Positions 1 to 9,503 of a DNA stretch of 24,587 nt are shown one piece after another. The stretch lies in the IMG/VR virus record IMGVR_UViG_2724679236_000014, positions 1 through 24,587 of that record, one strand, 5' to 3'. Source of the stretch: a virus. Lineage: Duplodnaviria; Heunggongvirae; Uroviricota; Caudoviricetes. A program made the translations under genes and the position numbers. Every line of letters starts with the position of its first letter. Position 1 is the stretch's first letter. Below the pieces are notes generated by a model. The model was given only the letters and a program-made list of their open reading frames with translations. It made no database searches and was not told where the DNA came from.

Positions 1-72
1 CCAGAGCACGACCAGCGCGGATTGCTCCGCTTTTGTACACTCATTCAGTGTTTCCTGCCGGATATCCTGCAT
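1..72 (-). CDS. L: Minor tail protein L, N-terminal 24 codons only; the gene continues beyond the window start
   Basis: Reverse complement of 1-72 translates to [24 protein letters not shown], which matches the lambda gpL N-terminus as remembered. Its ATG (72..70) overlaps the stop of the M-like gene (TGATG). Confidence 0.8.
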   Translation of the reverse strand, partial: MQDIRQETLNECTKAEQSALVVLW

Positions 73-404
73 CAGTTCACCACTTCATCAAACTGACACG
101 AAAAATCGGTATAGGTGATATGTTCTGTAGCTGACCACGTTCGACACACCACTCTGATTTTTCTGTTAACACCCGGTGGACGCCAAAAAAAAGATTTATA
201 GCCTCCATGCCGTGCTAAAAAATTTTCGAATGAATCACGTTCATTCGCCTCAACCTTGAAATCACAGGTGAAAACACGTAGAGAATGATTAAGTCCATTT
301 GGACTTCGTTGCTCATAACCATCGCCAAATCTTACAGTTTTTATCGATGGTTTATTTTCTGTTTTCATTCCATCCTCTGGTAACCAGTGGAATTCTTCAG
401 CCAC
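72..404 (-). CDS. M: Minor tail protein M-like (110 aa)
   Basis: Supplied ORF; contains VRFGDGY, HGGYKSF and a C-terminal F(D/E)xVVN resembling lambda gpM; sits between the tape measure gene and L. Confidence 0.8.
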   Translation of the reverse strand: MAEEFHWLPEDGMKTENKPSIKTVRFGDGYEQRSPNGLNHSLRVFTCDFKVEANERDSFENFLARHGGYKSFFWRPPGVNRKIRVVCRTWSATEHITYTDFSCQFDEVVN

Positions 405-3400
405 TTAACATTCCTCCATCACGTCGCATATTTAACAAAGTGCCCTGCACTCGCTGATCAACCATTCCCATAAGTGTTCTAATTGCCTGAGGGCCAATCT
501 CTCCATTCTGTCCGTCATTTTTGATAGTAATTTGATATACAGGAGAGTAATTAATGTCTCCGCCTCCATTACCGCCTTTATTATTAATCGCCCTGACACC
601 AAGAGAACCATCGGAAGTTCGTGTTAATGGCATAATAGCTTCCGGTCCAGCCTCACCAAAAACACCAGCACCTTTTGCAAAAGCAAAAAATTGCGGGGAA
701 TCATAAATACCGTTTGAATATGTACTCAATGATGGAGACTCATAAACACCGCCCTTTGCATTAGGAATAAATTTACTAACAGCACTTCCGATAGTTCCTA
801 AAATCCCCCCAGAAGAACTGTTGCTAATGCTGTCGAAAATCCCGGTAATTGAAGCCTTTAATGCTATTCTGCTAAGATCTGAAATCACGGAGGTAGCGAA
901 AGAACGAAAATTTGCCTTACCTGTCGTGACAAAATCACCAAGCGCATCTGTCATCCCATCAAACATCTGAGTCGTGGTTGATTTTATCTGCCCGCTAATA
1001 TCCTTAGTGTTATCCAACCAGTTATTGAATCCTTGGGACGCCCCACTTACCCAGTCTCCAGCCTGAATATCGAGCTGCTCATTTTTCTGCCTGATAATTT
1101 CTTTTTCCCGCTCCACAGCATCATTCAGGGCCTGTATTTTTTCCTGAAAAACACGTTCAGACATTCCACGAGATTTATCCGCATAGTCACGTTCAAGTTG
1201 CAGACGCCGGTTGTTATATTCACGTTCAATCCGCAGTAATTCCTGCTGACGTTGCTGATTTTTATCGCCAAGTCCATAACCAGCGATCTGAATGTCATAC
1301 CCCTGCTGATGATTATCAATAGAAGCCTGCAATGAACTACGCCATGCGGCTATTTCGGCTGACTCCTTGATTAGCCTGTTATTTTTTTCAATCGCAACAT
1401 TTTTCTCCATCAACGCGGTTATTTCTTCCCGGTGTAAGAGAAGCGATTTCTGATCCTTAGTTAATTTTGATGTCGGACGAGATTCAAGATCGACTATTTG
1501 CTGGCGCCACTTAACCAGTTCCTGCTCAGAGGAACTTAATTTAACTGTCAATTCAGCTTGTGAACTTAGTAACGCATTCTGTTGATTCAGATGGTCAATC
1601 ATTCGTTGGGCGGCATCATCTGAATAATTCCGTGTTTTTGGTGATTTTGGATCTTTATATAATTCATTAATGCGAGAAATATTATTATTATATTGCTCTT
1701 CACTAATAGCCCCTGCATCCAAAAACTTCTTCTGCTGCCTGATTGCTTTACTTCTTTTTTCTGCATTAGTTAGATACTGTTGGTTAACACGATCGGCCTC
1801 CTGTTGAGTCTGAATTCGTTCTTGCTCAGCTTTACTTGCTGCAGAAATGGCCCCAGTAATATCTGCCTGAGCCGCCATAGTTAGCTGAAGAATGTTTAAC
1901 TCTTGCTCAAGCTCTTTTCGACGTGAGGCAAAAACAGTTTTTCCACCGACAGCGTTATCAATCCAATCAAGCTCCTTGCGGATTTGAGTGATACGCTCAT
2001 TTCCACCAGACACACGACCAACATCAAGCATTGCATCCCAAGCTTTTTTCGCTGTACCAGCTAAACCATCCCAGGCTTTTTCAAGAAGCCCAAGATTTTG
2101 CTGGATTTCTGATGTACGCTGCTGTAAAGCCTGAGAATAAACGTCAGAAGCTACCCTAGCCGCCTCCTGCTGGTTCCCTTCATCCTGTAGCGCCTTAATC
2201 TGGTTATAAGTCGCCAGTGTCAGAAAATGGTACTGATCATTAAGTTTTGATATGGCACTGACAGGATCCTTTGCAATTTCATTGAAATTATTAACCAGTT
2301 GATCGGTCGATATTCCAGTTAATTCGCTCGTTTTTACTATCGCTGTCGTCACCTGCTCCAGCGAACTGCTCGCGACCTTTCCCGAACGCACAAGCTGGTT
2401 TAATACTGCCGCCGCAGCGCCAGTTGTCGAATCAGCAGCATCCCCGGCACGTTGAGCTATATCGGCTAATTGCCCGCTGGTTGTCCCCAACTGATTTCCG
2501 GTAAGAATAAGAGATTTATTAAATTCGTCCTGCTCCTGAGAACCTTTATAGTAAGCTAGCCCCAAGGCGCCAACGGCTGCTGCGGCCAGGGTAAAAGGAT
2601 TAATTAATCCCAGCACATAAGAACCAACACCTTTGATCGCCGGGCCAATCCCACCGAACATATCTTTTAGCTGGCCGCCCTGCTGCATTAACACCATAAA
2701 TGGCGACTGACCAGTGGACAACCCAACAACAATATCCGTCATTTGTGCAGGCAACATGCGCATAGCAAAAGCTGTTTGTTTTGCTGACATTCCGGTTTTG
2801 CTGAGTTGCGATTGAGTAGCCTCAAGCTCACTCCGCATAGCATGGAGTTTTCCTGAAAGCTCCTCATACATTTCAGGAGAAAGCATCCCCTTGGCTTTTG
2901 CTTCGCTGAGTTGCTTTTGCTGCTCTGTCAGGCGGTTAAAAGCTGTTCCAACAGGATCGAGTTGAGCAATCAGACGTTGCAAAGCAGCAACTTGTTCATC
3001 ATGCGCTTTTGCTGCTTCTCGTTCTGCCTGAGCCTCTCCTGTTAGCTCTCGCCGCGTTTCCTGTATTTTTCGGCTGTAATTATCAAACTGAGAGCCATTT
3101 ATTTTCCCGGAAAAAAGTGCAGCATTAAGTTCATCCTGCTGTTGATCAAGATTTCTTAGCGCCGCAGCCAGAGGGTCGATCTTGTCCAGCATTCTTTGAA
3201 AGGCCTGAGCCTGCGCTTCCTGCTGGGCGGCAGCAAGTTTTCCGGCCTTCTCGGCCTCTCTCTGCGCTTGCGCAACCCCGCTCAATTCCTCTGTGGTTTC
3301 ATTAAGTTTACGGGCAAGAAATTCATATTCTTCTTTATCAATAAGCCCTTTATCGAAATATTTCTTTAATTCAGAATAGCGTCGACCGACAGTATCAATT

Positions 3401-3606
3401 GCGGCACCAACTGGATCAATAGCTGCTTTTAATTTTGCGAGCGCGTTCTTCTCGTCTTCTGTTGCCTTAGTCACTTTCCCTGCGCTATTTGCAGCAGTTT
3501 CCCCGGCCTGCGTCATTTTGACTAATGATGAGGTCAGATTATCAGCATTATTTTTCGCTCCAGAGCTATCAATAATTATTGCAAGACGTGAGGTCTGCTC
3601 TGCCAT
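397..3606 (-). CDS. Tail tape measure protein (1069 aa)
   Basis: Very long Ala/Gln/Glu-rich coiled-coil ORF with a Gly-rich hydrophobic central segment, located downstream of the tail chaperone genes. AGGAG lies 9 nt upstream of the ATG at 3606. Confidence 0.9.
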   Translation of the reverse strand: MAEQTSRLAIIIDSSGAKNNADNLTSSLVKMTQAGETAANSAGKVTKATEDEKNALAKLKAAIDPVGAAIDTVGRRYSELKKYFDKGLIDKEEYEFLARKLNETTEELSGVAQAQREAEKAGKLAAAQQEAQAQAFQRMLDKIDPLAAALRNLDQQQDELNAALFSGKINGSQFDNYSRKIQETRRELTGEAQAEREAAKAHDEQVAALQRLIAQLDPVGTAFNRLTEQQKQLSEAKAKGMLSPEMYEELSGKLHAMRSELEATQSQLSKTGMSAKQTAFAMRMLPAQMTDIVVGLSTGQSPFMVLMQQGGQLKDMFGGIGPAIKGVGSYVLGLINPFTLAAAAVGALGLAYYKGSQEQDEFNKSLILTGNQLGTTSGQLADIAQRAGDAADSTTGAAAAVLNQLVRSGKVASSSLEQVTTAIVKTSELTGISTDQLVNNFNEIAKDPVSAISKLNDQYHFLTLATYNQIKALQDEGNQQEAARVASDVYSQALQQRTSEIQQNLGLLEKAWDGLAGTAKKAWDAMLDVGRVSGGNERITQIRKELDWIDNAVGGKTVFASRRKELEQELNILQLTMAAQADITGAISAASKAEQERIQTQQEADRVNQQYLTNAEKRSKAIRQQKKFLDAGAISEEQYNNNISRINELYKDPKSPKTRNYSDDAAQRMIDHLNQQNALLSSQAELTVKLSSSEQELVKWRQQIVDLESRPTSKLTKDQKSLLLHREEITALMEKNVAIEKNNRLIKESAEIAAWRSSLQASIDNHQQGYDIQIAGYGLGDKNQQRQQELLRIEREYNNRRLQLERDYADKSRGMSERVFQEKIQALNDAVEREKEIIRQKNEQLDIQAGDWVSGASQGFNNWLDNTKDISGQIKSTTTQMFDGMTDALGDFVTTGKANFRSFATSVISDLSRIALKASITGIFDSISNSSSGGILGTIGSAVSKFIPNAKGGVYESPSLSTYSNGIYDSPQFFAFAKGAGVFGEAGPEAIMPLTRTSDGSLGVRAINNKGGNGGGDINYSPVYQITIKNDGQNGEIGPQAIRTLMGMVDQRVQGTLLNMRRDGGMLSG

Positions 3607-3622
3607 TTATTAAAACTCCTGA

Positions 3623-3651
3623 CAACAAAAAAAACCCACCGAAGTGGGTTT
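3623..3651 (-). terminator. Intrinsic terminator-like hairpin with U-tract immediately upstream of the tape measure RBS
   Basis: Plus strand 3632-3651 is aaacccac-cgaa-gtgggttt (8 bp stem, tetraloop); on the minus strand it is followed by TTTTTGTTG and then AGGAG and the ATG. Confidence 0.45.
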
Positions 3652-3771
3652 CAGGCGACATAATAGTAGATATAGCGATTACGAGGCCACGCAATGCTTT
3701 TCTCCAGGAGCATCATCGATTTAATTAAAGACACTATCACATCTCTGTAACAGAGTGTACGTAATTAACAA

Positions 3772-4529
3772 CTACACACACTGCTCCTGAAAATACTGGT
3801 CATCCAGTGCAAAGATCACTGCTTCAAATTCATCGCGCTCAATCAATACCGGATGAGTGGCTAAATATTCATTTATCTCTGACAGAGATAAAGGCAAAGG
3901 CACCCCAGCCATTCCAGCATAACGCCGGGCACGGGATATCACCGAATAGGCGTACAACAATTCCCTAATAACCGGATCTATTTCTGGCTCCGGGAGCGGC
4001 GGCAACCTGAGCTTTTCTCGTTTCCACCTTGCCTTTTCACCCTTTTCTCCCCCGAACTCCGATATCCACCGCTGGGCGGCAATGGCTTTTTTATCGTATC
4101 CTGCTTTTGCTGCTCTTTTCCCTGGGCGATTCTGGCGGCTTCTGCAAGGATTTGCCAGTACAACTCTGGATTCTGCTTGAGCAGCGCAGCACCTCTTTCT
4201 GGTGTATATTCCAGCGCGACCTCAACACCATCTACCAGCTCTCCAACCCCTTTCCAGTCTTTCAGCAGATAACGAGCGGCGTTATCAATGAGTAAATCAT
4301 CAACAGAGTCCACCTCGACGACCTTTGCAATATCAAACGCCTTCGTTCCGACATGCAAACTGGCATCCATTTTCTCAATGTGGCGACGGATTAATGCATT
4401 ACGGGAGCGATACTGATCATTATCACTGCTTGCCACCAACAGTTGTAACCCAGCAATAGGTTCTAAGTCTTTCATTGGCGTAAACCAGCGTTCTCCACCG
4501 ATGATAATTTTCTGTTCAAGAATAAACAT
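3772..4529 (-). CDS. Tail assembly chaperone GT-like fusion made by programmed -1 frameshift at 4122..4116
   Basis: The -1 frame is open from upstream of the slippery heptamer G GGA AAA down to the stop at 3772 (supplied 77-aa ORF is its tail, called with a TTG start); arrangement matches lambda G/GT. Confidence 0.65.
3978..4529 (-). CDS. Tail assembly chaperone, gpG-like zero-frame product (183 aa)
   Basis: Supplied ORF between major tail and tape measure genes; GAGG RBS upstream of the ATG at 4529. The last ~46 residues after the slippery site are K/R/S/G-rich and look like a low-complexity tail. Confidence 0.7.
   Translation of the reverse strand: MFILEQKIIIGGERWFTPMKDLEPIAGLQLLVASSDNDQYRSRNALIRRHIEKMDASLHVGTKAFDIAKVVEVDSVDDLLIDNAARYLLKDWKGVGELVDGVEVALEYTPERGAALLKQNPELYWQILAEAARIAQGKEQQKQDTIKKPLPPSGGYRSSGEKRVKRQGGNEKSSGCRRSRSQK
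4116..4122 (-). promoter_or_regulatory. Candidate -1 ribosomal frameshift slippery heptamer G GGA AAA
   Basis: Plus strand 4116-4122 is ttttccc, i.e. GGGAAAA on the minus strand, with GGA and AAA as zero-frame codons of the G-like ORF (X XXY YYZ form). Confidence 0.6.
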
Positions 4530-4549
4530 CTATAACCTCATTCAAAACG

Positions 4550-4576
4550 CCCCCTGTTGCGCAATATCACAGGGGG
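4550..4576 (-). promoter_or_regulatory. Stem-loop between major tail and chaperone genes, possible attenuator
   Basis: ccccctgt (4550-4557) pairs with acaggggg (4569-4576), 11-nt loop; only a short U-tract (GTTTT) follows on the minus strand. Confidence 0.3.
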
Positions 4577-4588
4577 AATAACGGAAAA

Positions 4589-5551
4589 TCAACTAATCGA
4601 CTCAGCACTGGCTTTTGCAATCACTGCAGCCGGGGAAGCTTTTTTTCTGGTGATAGTTGGCGCTTCGTCAGCAGCGGTAATGCTCAACTGAACCTGGATA
4701 ATATCGGTATTACCGCCGTCAGGCCATTCACCTGATATCTGAACTTTAGGAAAACTGAAAGTGTATTCCCCCTCACCATTCGAAAGCGTGAAATTGAACG
4801 GAACAGTCTCCCCTGTCAGCGTTTTACTCCATATTTTCCACGCAGCTTTAGACCATGAAAGCGTCACAGTACCGGACGGTGTGAAGGTTGTCGGAATATT
4901 AGCTCCGGCATAAGGAGAACCAGTCCCGACACAACGCTGGGTCTGAAGTTTGTTATCGAACTGGATATCAAAGCTGTCGATACAAAAACCGTTACCTCCG
5001 GCAACACCATTCAGACTTACAGCTGAAACTTCCTTAAACGAATAACGTAACTTTCCTGCACTATCTACAGGCTCGCCTTTGATAAAATTCGTATCATCGG
5101 CCTTTGATTCCCAGTCCAGCCCGGCAAAAGTGACTGTCGCAGTAATATCACCGTCGTTAGGGATCTGCATTTTCCACGATCCAACCTGTGCCCCCCTGAC
5201 GATAGAGGCAATTCCCACATCTGACGCATATGTTGCCAGAGAAAATGTTATTCGCTCATTCCCCATAGTCAGAGAATCTCCTGACCATTCCGCGCCGAAA
5301 CAGGATGCAAGGAAATCATCATGTTGGCCCCAGCGAAATTTGGTACCAACATCACCGCCGACATCCACAGTGCCAGGCGTCGCCCCCTGAGCCATACGAG
5401 AACCACCGATCTCATTATTTTCGCCTTTATTCTGGGTTGGTTTTACTCCCCAGCTTGTGCGCTTTAATAAACTCCAGTCACCACTAGCTGGCGTGGTGCC
5501 TGCAATTGTCTCCCGGATAAATGCCGAGATAACCTTTGCACCTGAACTCAC
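4589..5551 (-). CDS. Major tail (tube) protein with a C-terminal Ig-like region (320 aa, GTG start)
   Basis: Supplied ORF; start codon is GTG (plus cac at 5549-5551) with AGGAGG 5 nt upstream; Ser/Thr/Gly-rich beta-type composition; position directly upstream of the G/GT chaperones. Confidence 0.8.
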   Translation of the reverse strand: MSSGAKVISAFIRETIAGTTPASGDWSLLKRTSWGVKPTQNKGENNEIGGSRMAQGATPGTVDVGGDVGTKFRWGQHDDFLASCFGAEWSGDSLTMGNERITFSLATYASDVGIASIVRGAQVGSWKMQIPNDGDITATVTFAGLDWESKADDTNFIKGEPVDSAGKLRYSFKEVSAVSLNGVAGGNGFCIDSFDIQFDNKLQTQRCVGTGSPYAGANIPTTFTPSGTVTLSWSKAAWKIWSKTLTGETVPFNFTLSNGEGEYTFSFPKVQISGEWPDGGNTDIIQVQLSITAADEAPTITRKKASPAAVIAKASAESIS

Positions 5552-5577
5552 AGGAGCCTCCTATGTCATTAATTGCG

Positions 5578-5970
5578 CTAGAGCGCTCGATATGGAATTT
5601 GAAGATTAAGCTGGAACCAGCCATTCTTTTCACCAACGGCTATTGAGGAAACAGCCTGGTAGCTGAGACGATCATCATCCTGAAATTCAAACAATTCTCG
5701 CAATTTATCCGCCGTCTCAGTAATAAGTTTTGAGCCAGAGCCTGCGGGAACAAATAACTGAATAATAATTATCCCCGTGCGATAAACAACCGGACCCGCA
5801 CCAATTTCATTAGTCCCAGCCAGACCGGGGATATCACTTAACCGCGCCCAGATTAACTTACCTGACGGATCGAATGTTGGCCCGTTTGGATATAATACAT
5901 CTTTTCCATCAATAACCGTCTGTGCCGTCATTCTGGAAATAACAGCATTTCTGATTTCAGTAAAAGTCAT
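5578..5970 (-). CDS. Tail terminator / tail completion protein (130 aa), functional analogue of lambda U
   Basis: Supplied ORF; size and position immediately upstream of the major tail gene; start overlaps the preceding gene. Confidence 0.5.
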   Translation of the reverse strand: MTFTEIRNAVISRMTAQTVIDGKDVLYPNGPTFDPSGKLIWARLSDIPGLAGTNEIGAGPVVYRTGIIIIQLFVPAGSGSKLITETADKLRELFEFQDDDRLSYQAVSSIAVGEKNGWFQLNLQIPYRAL

Positions 5971-6347
5971 TTATAAATCTGCGAAACACCATTAAAAGCA
6001 TTAGCATACACACCTGTTGGCGCTTGTTGAGAATGTCCATCCTCAATAGATTCGGCATAAGGCAGGTTATTCTGGATGTAGATGATTCCGTAATTCGCCG
6101 CTTTTGAAATAACCCCGATTCCACGTTGAAGTGCAATCGTGCCATTCGGATCCACATTATCAGATATACTAAAATCTGGGTGCTGTAACGATACCAGATT
6201 ATTATTTCTGAAACGCCCGGTATCAACCGGAGCGGCAATATCAATAGCTGTAAGAATCTGAATAGCGATGTAGCGAATTTTCAGTCCCACATCTTCCTCA
6301 ATCATCCCAACAAATATTGACGGTTCCAGATCCCATGCCTTTGCCAT
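5967..6347 (-). CDS. Head-tail joining / tail component protein, possibly HK97 gp10-like (126 aa)
   Basis: Supplied ORF in the head-tail joining block; ATGA-type overlaps with neighbours indicate translational coupling. Confidence 0.5.
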   Translation of the reverse strand: MAKAWDLEPSIFVGMIEEDVGLKIRYIAIQILTAIDIAAPVDTGRFRNNNLVSLQHPDFSISDNVDPNGTIALQRGIGVISKAANYGIIYIQNNLPYAESIEDGHSQQAPTGVYANAFNGVSQIYK

Positions 6348-6734
6348 TTACTTTCTCCTTAACTGGATAGAATAAACCGATGCGGAAGGATCTACATGTA
6401 CTGTAATTATCTCGTATCGTTGTAACTGCCTTGATACAGGATCATAAGTCTCAATAATATGTCCGATAGCAGGTTTATCCGTAACCTCACAGGCCAGAGC
6501 AGTTAACTTAAGGTCGCCGTGCAAAATATTAATTCCATCAACTCTGCCAAGCTTATAGCGTGCCAACACACCTCGTCCGGTATATGTTGTTGTAAGTTCG
6601 CGGCCTGTCTCCGTCACAGGCTCCCAACCCTGGTGCGTAACGTAAGAACCAGAAAAATTATTCACCGCGTCAGCTAAATCACCATCAAAAGCAGCGGCAA
6701 CCTCATCCTGAATCTCATCACGAATCCCCATCAT
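6348..6734 (-). CDS. Head closure / head-tail adaptor protein (128 aa)
   Basis: Supplied ORF; position and size; overlaps upstream gene by 4 nt. Confidence 0.5.
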   Translation of the reverse strand: MMGIRDEIQDEVAAAFDGDLADAVNNFSGSYVTHQGWEPVTETGRELTTTYTGRGVLARYKLGRVDGINILHGDLKLTALACEVTDKPAIGHIIETYDPVSRQLQRYEIITVHVDPSASVYSIQLRRK

Positions 6735-7126
6735 CCCCCCCTCACAACCCTGACTTGTGAGTGACTCAGTCCGTACGGTTTCAGCAGCGCCAGCGCAAGC
6801 TGTAAATCGGGCTCAAGCAATGCAGTGCTGTTTGCTGATAATTCAGCAAATGATTTCGATACACTAACCCCATCAGCCGACACAGTTTTATTTATAACAA
6901 CACCAGAATCATTTTTCTGCTGAAATAACTTACCTACAGAAGCGACTCTGGCAGCATATGCTCCAGCGAGCTTTACCTCGTCAGGAATACTGGATGGATC
7001 AACCTTCAGACTAAAGTTATTCAACCAGGCATTGGCCATTAAAACCGCTTTATTTTTAACATCCTCATTCGCCCAGTTTTTCCCAAGCGTATTATCAACA
7101 TCATCACAGGTAACGTAAGTGATCAT
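6731..7126 (-). CDS. Head-tail connector protein, gp6-like (131 aa)
   Basis: Supplied ORF; position after capsid and small head gene; size typical of gp6-like connectors. Confidence 0.5.
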   Translation of the reverse strand: MITYVTCDDVDNTLGKNWANEDVKNKAVLMANAWLNNFSLKVDPSSIPDEVKLAGAYAARVASVGKLFQQKNDSGVVINKTVSADGVSVSKSFAELSANSTALLEPDLQLALALLKPYGLSHSQVRVVRGG

Positions 7127-7129
7127 GCG

Positions 7130-7354
7130 CTACTCCTGTGTTTTCCAGCCCAGCGCCTTCCAATTGTCAACTTCATCAGGATGAACATTAGCGATTGTTG
7201 GGGCACCGGGGTATATCTGATTCTCGGTCATCATAACTACCAACTTAATCGGTGTTTTTTGTGGTTCCCTGGTTTGCGCCGCCTTCCGCTCCGACACTGC
7301 ATTTTTTTGCGCGGCATCACGCTGTGCTCTTTGATCTTTAGTCAATCCAGCCAT
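7130..7354 (-). CDS. Small head-associated protein (74 aa), function unknown
   Basis: Supplied ORF directly downstream of the capsid gene terminator; charged, Gln/Ala-rich N-terminus. Confidence 0.4.
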   Translation of the reverse strand: MAGLTKDQRAQRDAAQKNAVSERKAAQTREPQKTPIKLVVMMTENQIYPGAPTIANVHPDEVDNWKALGWKTQE

Positions 7355-7364
7355 ATACCCTCCA

Positions 7365-7391
7365 TTAAAAAAGGGACCGAAGCCCCTTTTT
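7365..7391. terminator. Bidirectional intrinsic terminator between major capsid gene and downstream head genes
   Basis: aaaaaaGGGaccgaagCCCcttttt: short GC stem flanked by an A-run on one side and a T-run on the other, so a hairpin plus U-tract forms on either strand. Confidence 0.45.
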
Positions 7392-7395
7392 GATT

Positions 7396-8535
7396 TTATC
7401 CAATAATCAGGCAGCTATGCGCAGGTTTCACTGACGAAACGCCCCATGCCAGCCCAACTTCATAACGTACCTGACGATACTGACGATACAGTGCAATCTG
7501 AAATGTAATTCCCGAGATTGGGTCCGTAACATTCATTACATCATCAGCGCTATCGCCGCCCTCCGGCATTGCCGGGGTACGGGATGCCAACAGAAATGCG
7601 TTGCGATCGAACGCCATATTTGCAGTAAATGAGCCGACAACCGTGATTGCAGTATCATCAGCCAGATCCTGACGTAGACCTGGTGCAGCAAGGGTAATCA
7701 GATTACTGGTTGCAGCAGCCACAACATACTGATTAGGATCGCCATCGAAAGTAACAATCTGCCCTGCCGAAATATTCCCCGAACCAGTATCAATGGAAAT
7801 AAGAACATCACCTTCTTTCTTCTCACCATTCACAAGATAACCAGTTGCAGTGGCTTTTGGTACTCGTTTTACACCTGCCGAACTGTGAATACTGAATCCC
7901 TCCAGGCGCCCCAACACACCCTCGCGCAGTAGCTGCTCAGTGCCAGATTCATTCACTTTAAACAATACGGACTGTTTTCCGCGCAAATTAGCAATAGCGG
8001 TGGAGCCAAGTACCATCTGTAAATCGGTTGTCGGTGCCCCGTTATCCTCCAGAATCTGACGAGCCAGAGCCGCATCAGAAAGATCATCTTTAACACCAAA
8101 CGGCGTTGTCCCCGCGGTCCCAACAGCACGAGAAGCACCGAAATACAGTGCGCCAAGATCAGCCTCAACCTCGTTTGCAAGTGCTCGAAAAGCTTGCTTG
8201 AACTGATCAGCCAGAATGGTGTTGTAAGTCCCGGAAGGACCAAGCGCCAGTTGTTCTTCACCATTCCATTTAACTGGCGCCATTTTAGATTTAGTAATTT
8301 TTACATCAACAGTGCCAATATTTTGATCTCCAGTATTCGGAGCTGACGGGCCCGGTACGATATCTTCAGTTTTCGCATCAGGCGCAACTGGCGCGGTTAC
8401 CGTCTGATCTTTTGCTGCAGCGTCAGCTTTTGCGTTTTTTGCTACCGCAGGAATAAAACCTACCTGCTCACGGGATACAACATCCAGGGCGGTGTAAATA
8501 GTCGGGATCAACCCGGTCAGGGTATTTCCAGCCAT
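7396..8535 (-). CDS. Major capsid protein (start placed at internal ATG 8535; 379 aa)
   Basis: The supplied 410-aa ORF has a 31-codon N-terminal extension with no RBS; the ATG at 8535 (MAGNTLTG...) is preceded by AAGGAA. Size, Ala/Gly/Thr-rich composition and position after the scaffold gene. Confidence 0.75.
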   Translation of the reverse strand: MAGNTLTGLIPTIYTALDVVSREQVGFIPAVAKNAKADAAAKDQTVTAPVAPDAKTEDIVPGPSAPNTGDQNIGTVDVKITKSKMAPVKWNGEEQLALGPSGTYNTILADQFKQAFRALANEVEADLGALYFGASRAVGTAGTTPFGVKDDLSDAALARQILEDNGAPTTDLQMVLGSTAIANLRGKQSVLFKVNESGTEQLLREGVLGRLEGFSIHSSAGVKRVPKATATGYLVNGEKKEGDVLISIDTGSGNISAGQIVTFDGDPNQYVVAAATSNLITLAAPGLRQDLADDTAITVVGSFTANMAFDRNAFLLASRTPAMPEGGDSADDVMNVTDPISGITFQIALYRQYRQVRYEVGLAWGVSSVKPAHSCLIIG

Positions 8536-8634
8536 AATTAAATATTCCTTAAAATTTTGCGTAATTGTAAATGAATTGAGTAGTGAGCTATCCAGCCCTG
8601 ACGCCAGTCCCCATCCAGGAACTGGCAAAATGTG

Positions 8635-9399
8635 TTAGTCAACGATAGTGATACCGTCTTTCAGTGCGTTTTGCTTACCTGCAACATCCAGTGCATCAAA
8701 AGCTGATCGCTTCATCGTTTTCTGACCAATATCATGCTGTGTCGGACGGGAGCCGCCACCATTGTTGCCACTGGCTTTCAGGATGTAGTCTTTCTGAGGG
8801 TAATTTTCGACGAGGAACTCCAGCGCCTCATCAAACTGCGCCAGTTCGCCTGGCTTCGTGCGGGAGTAAATTTTGTTGCCGGAAGCGTCATAAGCAACGA
8901 TCTTCCCTTCTTCCACTTTGAATGACTGTCCGAAGCGGGCCTGTAATAAATCTGCCGGGATCGCAATTTTATCGGCAATATATTTTGAACCAGCAAAACT
9001 ACCGCCAATCATGGAATCATAAAGCTGCTTCTCCAGCATCTGAGAGCGTTGCTTTTCTTCGTCTAATTGCTGCTGAAAATTTTTCGTAATTTCTGCTTTA
9101 ACCTGGTCAACCTGTCCCGCATCAATCAGTTTTTTCTGGTCAATTTTGGACAGCATTTCCAGCGCCTCAATCGCCTTTTTCGGGTCATCGATGGCAGCGA
9201 ACCTGGCAAGTTTTTCCTCTGCGGCCTCTTTAGCCAGACGATGATTTTTCGCCTCGCCATTAAGTTCTGTAATTTTTCTGGCTGCCAGCGGTGCATCGAA
9301 GCCGATTTCTTTACCATCATCATGCACATAAACTGGCAGACCAGCAGTGTCGATTTCTGCGTATTTTTTTCCGTTAATCTCTACTGTTTTCAGTTTCAT
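8635..9399 (-). CDS. Scaffolding protein (start placed at internal ATG 9399; 254 aa)
   Basis: Coiled-coil, charged protein between the head morphogenesis and capsid genes; the supplied ORF's N-terminal extension runs into the terminator at 9457-9483, while MKLKTVEING... at 9399 has an AGGT RBS. Confidence 0.65.
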   Translation of the reverse strand: MKLKTVEINGKKYAEIDTAGLPVYVHDDGKEIGFDAPLAARKITELNGEAKNHRLAKEAAEEKLARFAAIDDPKKAIEALEMLSKIDQKKLIDAGQVDQVKAEITKNFQQQLDEEKQRSQMLEKQLYDSMIGGSFAGSKYIADKIAIPADLLQARFGQSFKVEEGKIVAYDASGNKIYSRTKPGELAQFDEALEFLVENYPQKDYILKASGNNGGGSRPTQHDIGQKTMKRSAFDALDVAGKQNALKDGITIVD

Positions 9400-9456
9400 A
9401 TTAATACCTGATTTAAGTCTTCCGACTGTTACACTGCTCACTATCCAGATTGCAGC

Positions 9457-9483
9457 AATAAAAAAGGCCACCCGAAGGTAGCC
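9457..9483 (-). terminator. Intrinsic terminator-like hairpin upstream of the scaffold gene
   Basis: Minus strand reads GGCTACC-TTCG-GGTGGCC (one mismatch in the stem) followed by TTTTTTATT. Confidence 0.4.
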
Positions 9484-9503
9484 TGTTGTAATAAATAATT
9501 AAT

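Noticed and set aside
1033-1319. Short plus- and minus-strand ORFs nested in the tape measure gene
   Set aside because: Antisense or out-of-frame to a long, well-supported gene; no RBS and implausible composition. The same applies to the other nested ORFs in the track inside the tail chaperone, major tail, capsid, scaffold, head morphogenesis, portal, terminase, terS, GT2-like, spanin and Q genes (for example 4029-4295, 5079-5487, 7953-8264, 8664-9411, 9524-10264, 10755-11896, 12665-12889, 13131-13346, 13478-14081, 14357-15426, 16180-16365, 17596-18046, 20091-20608).
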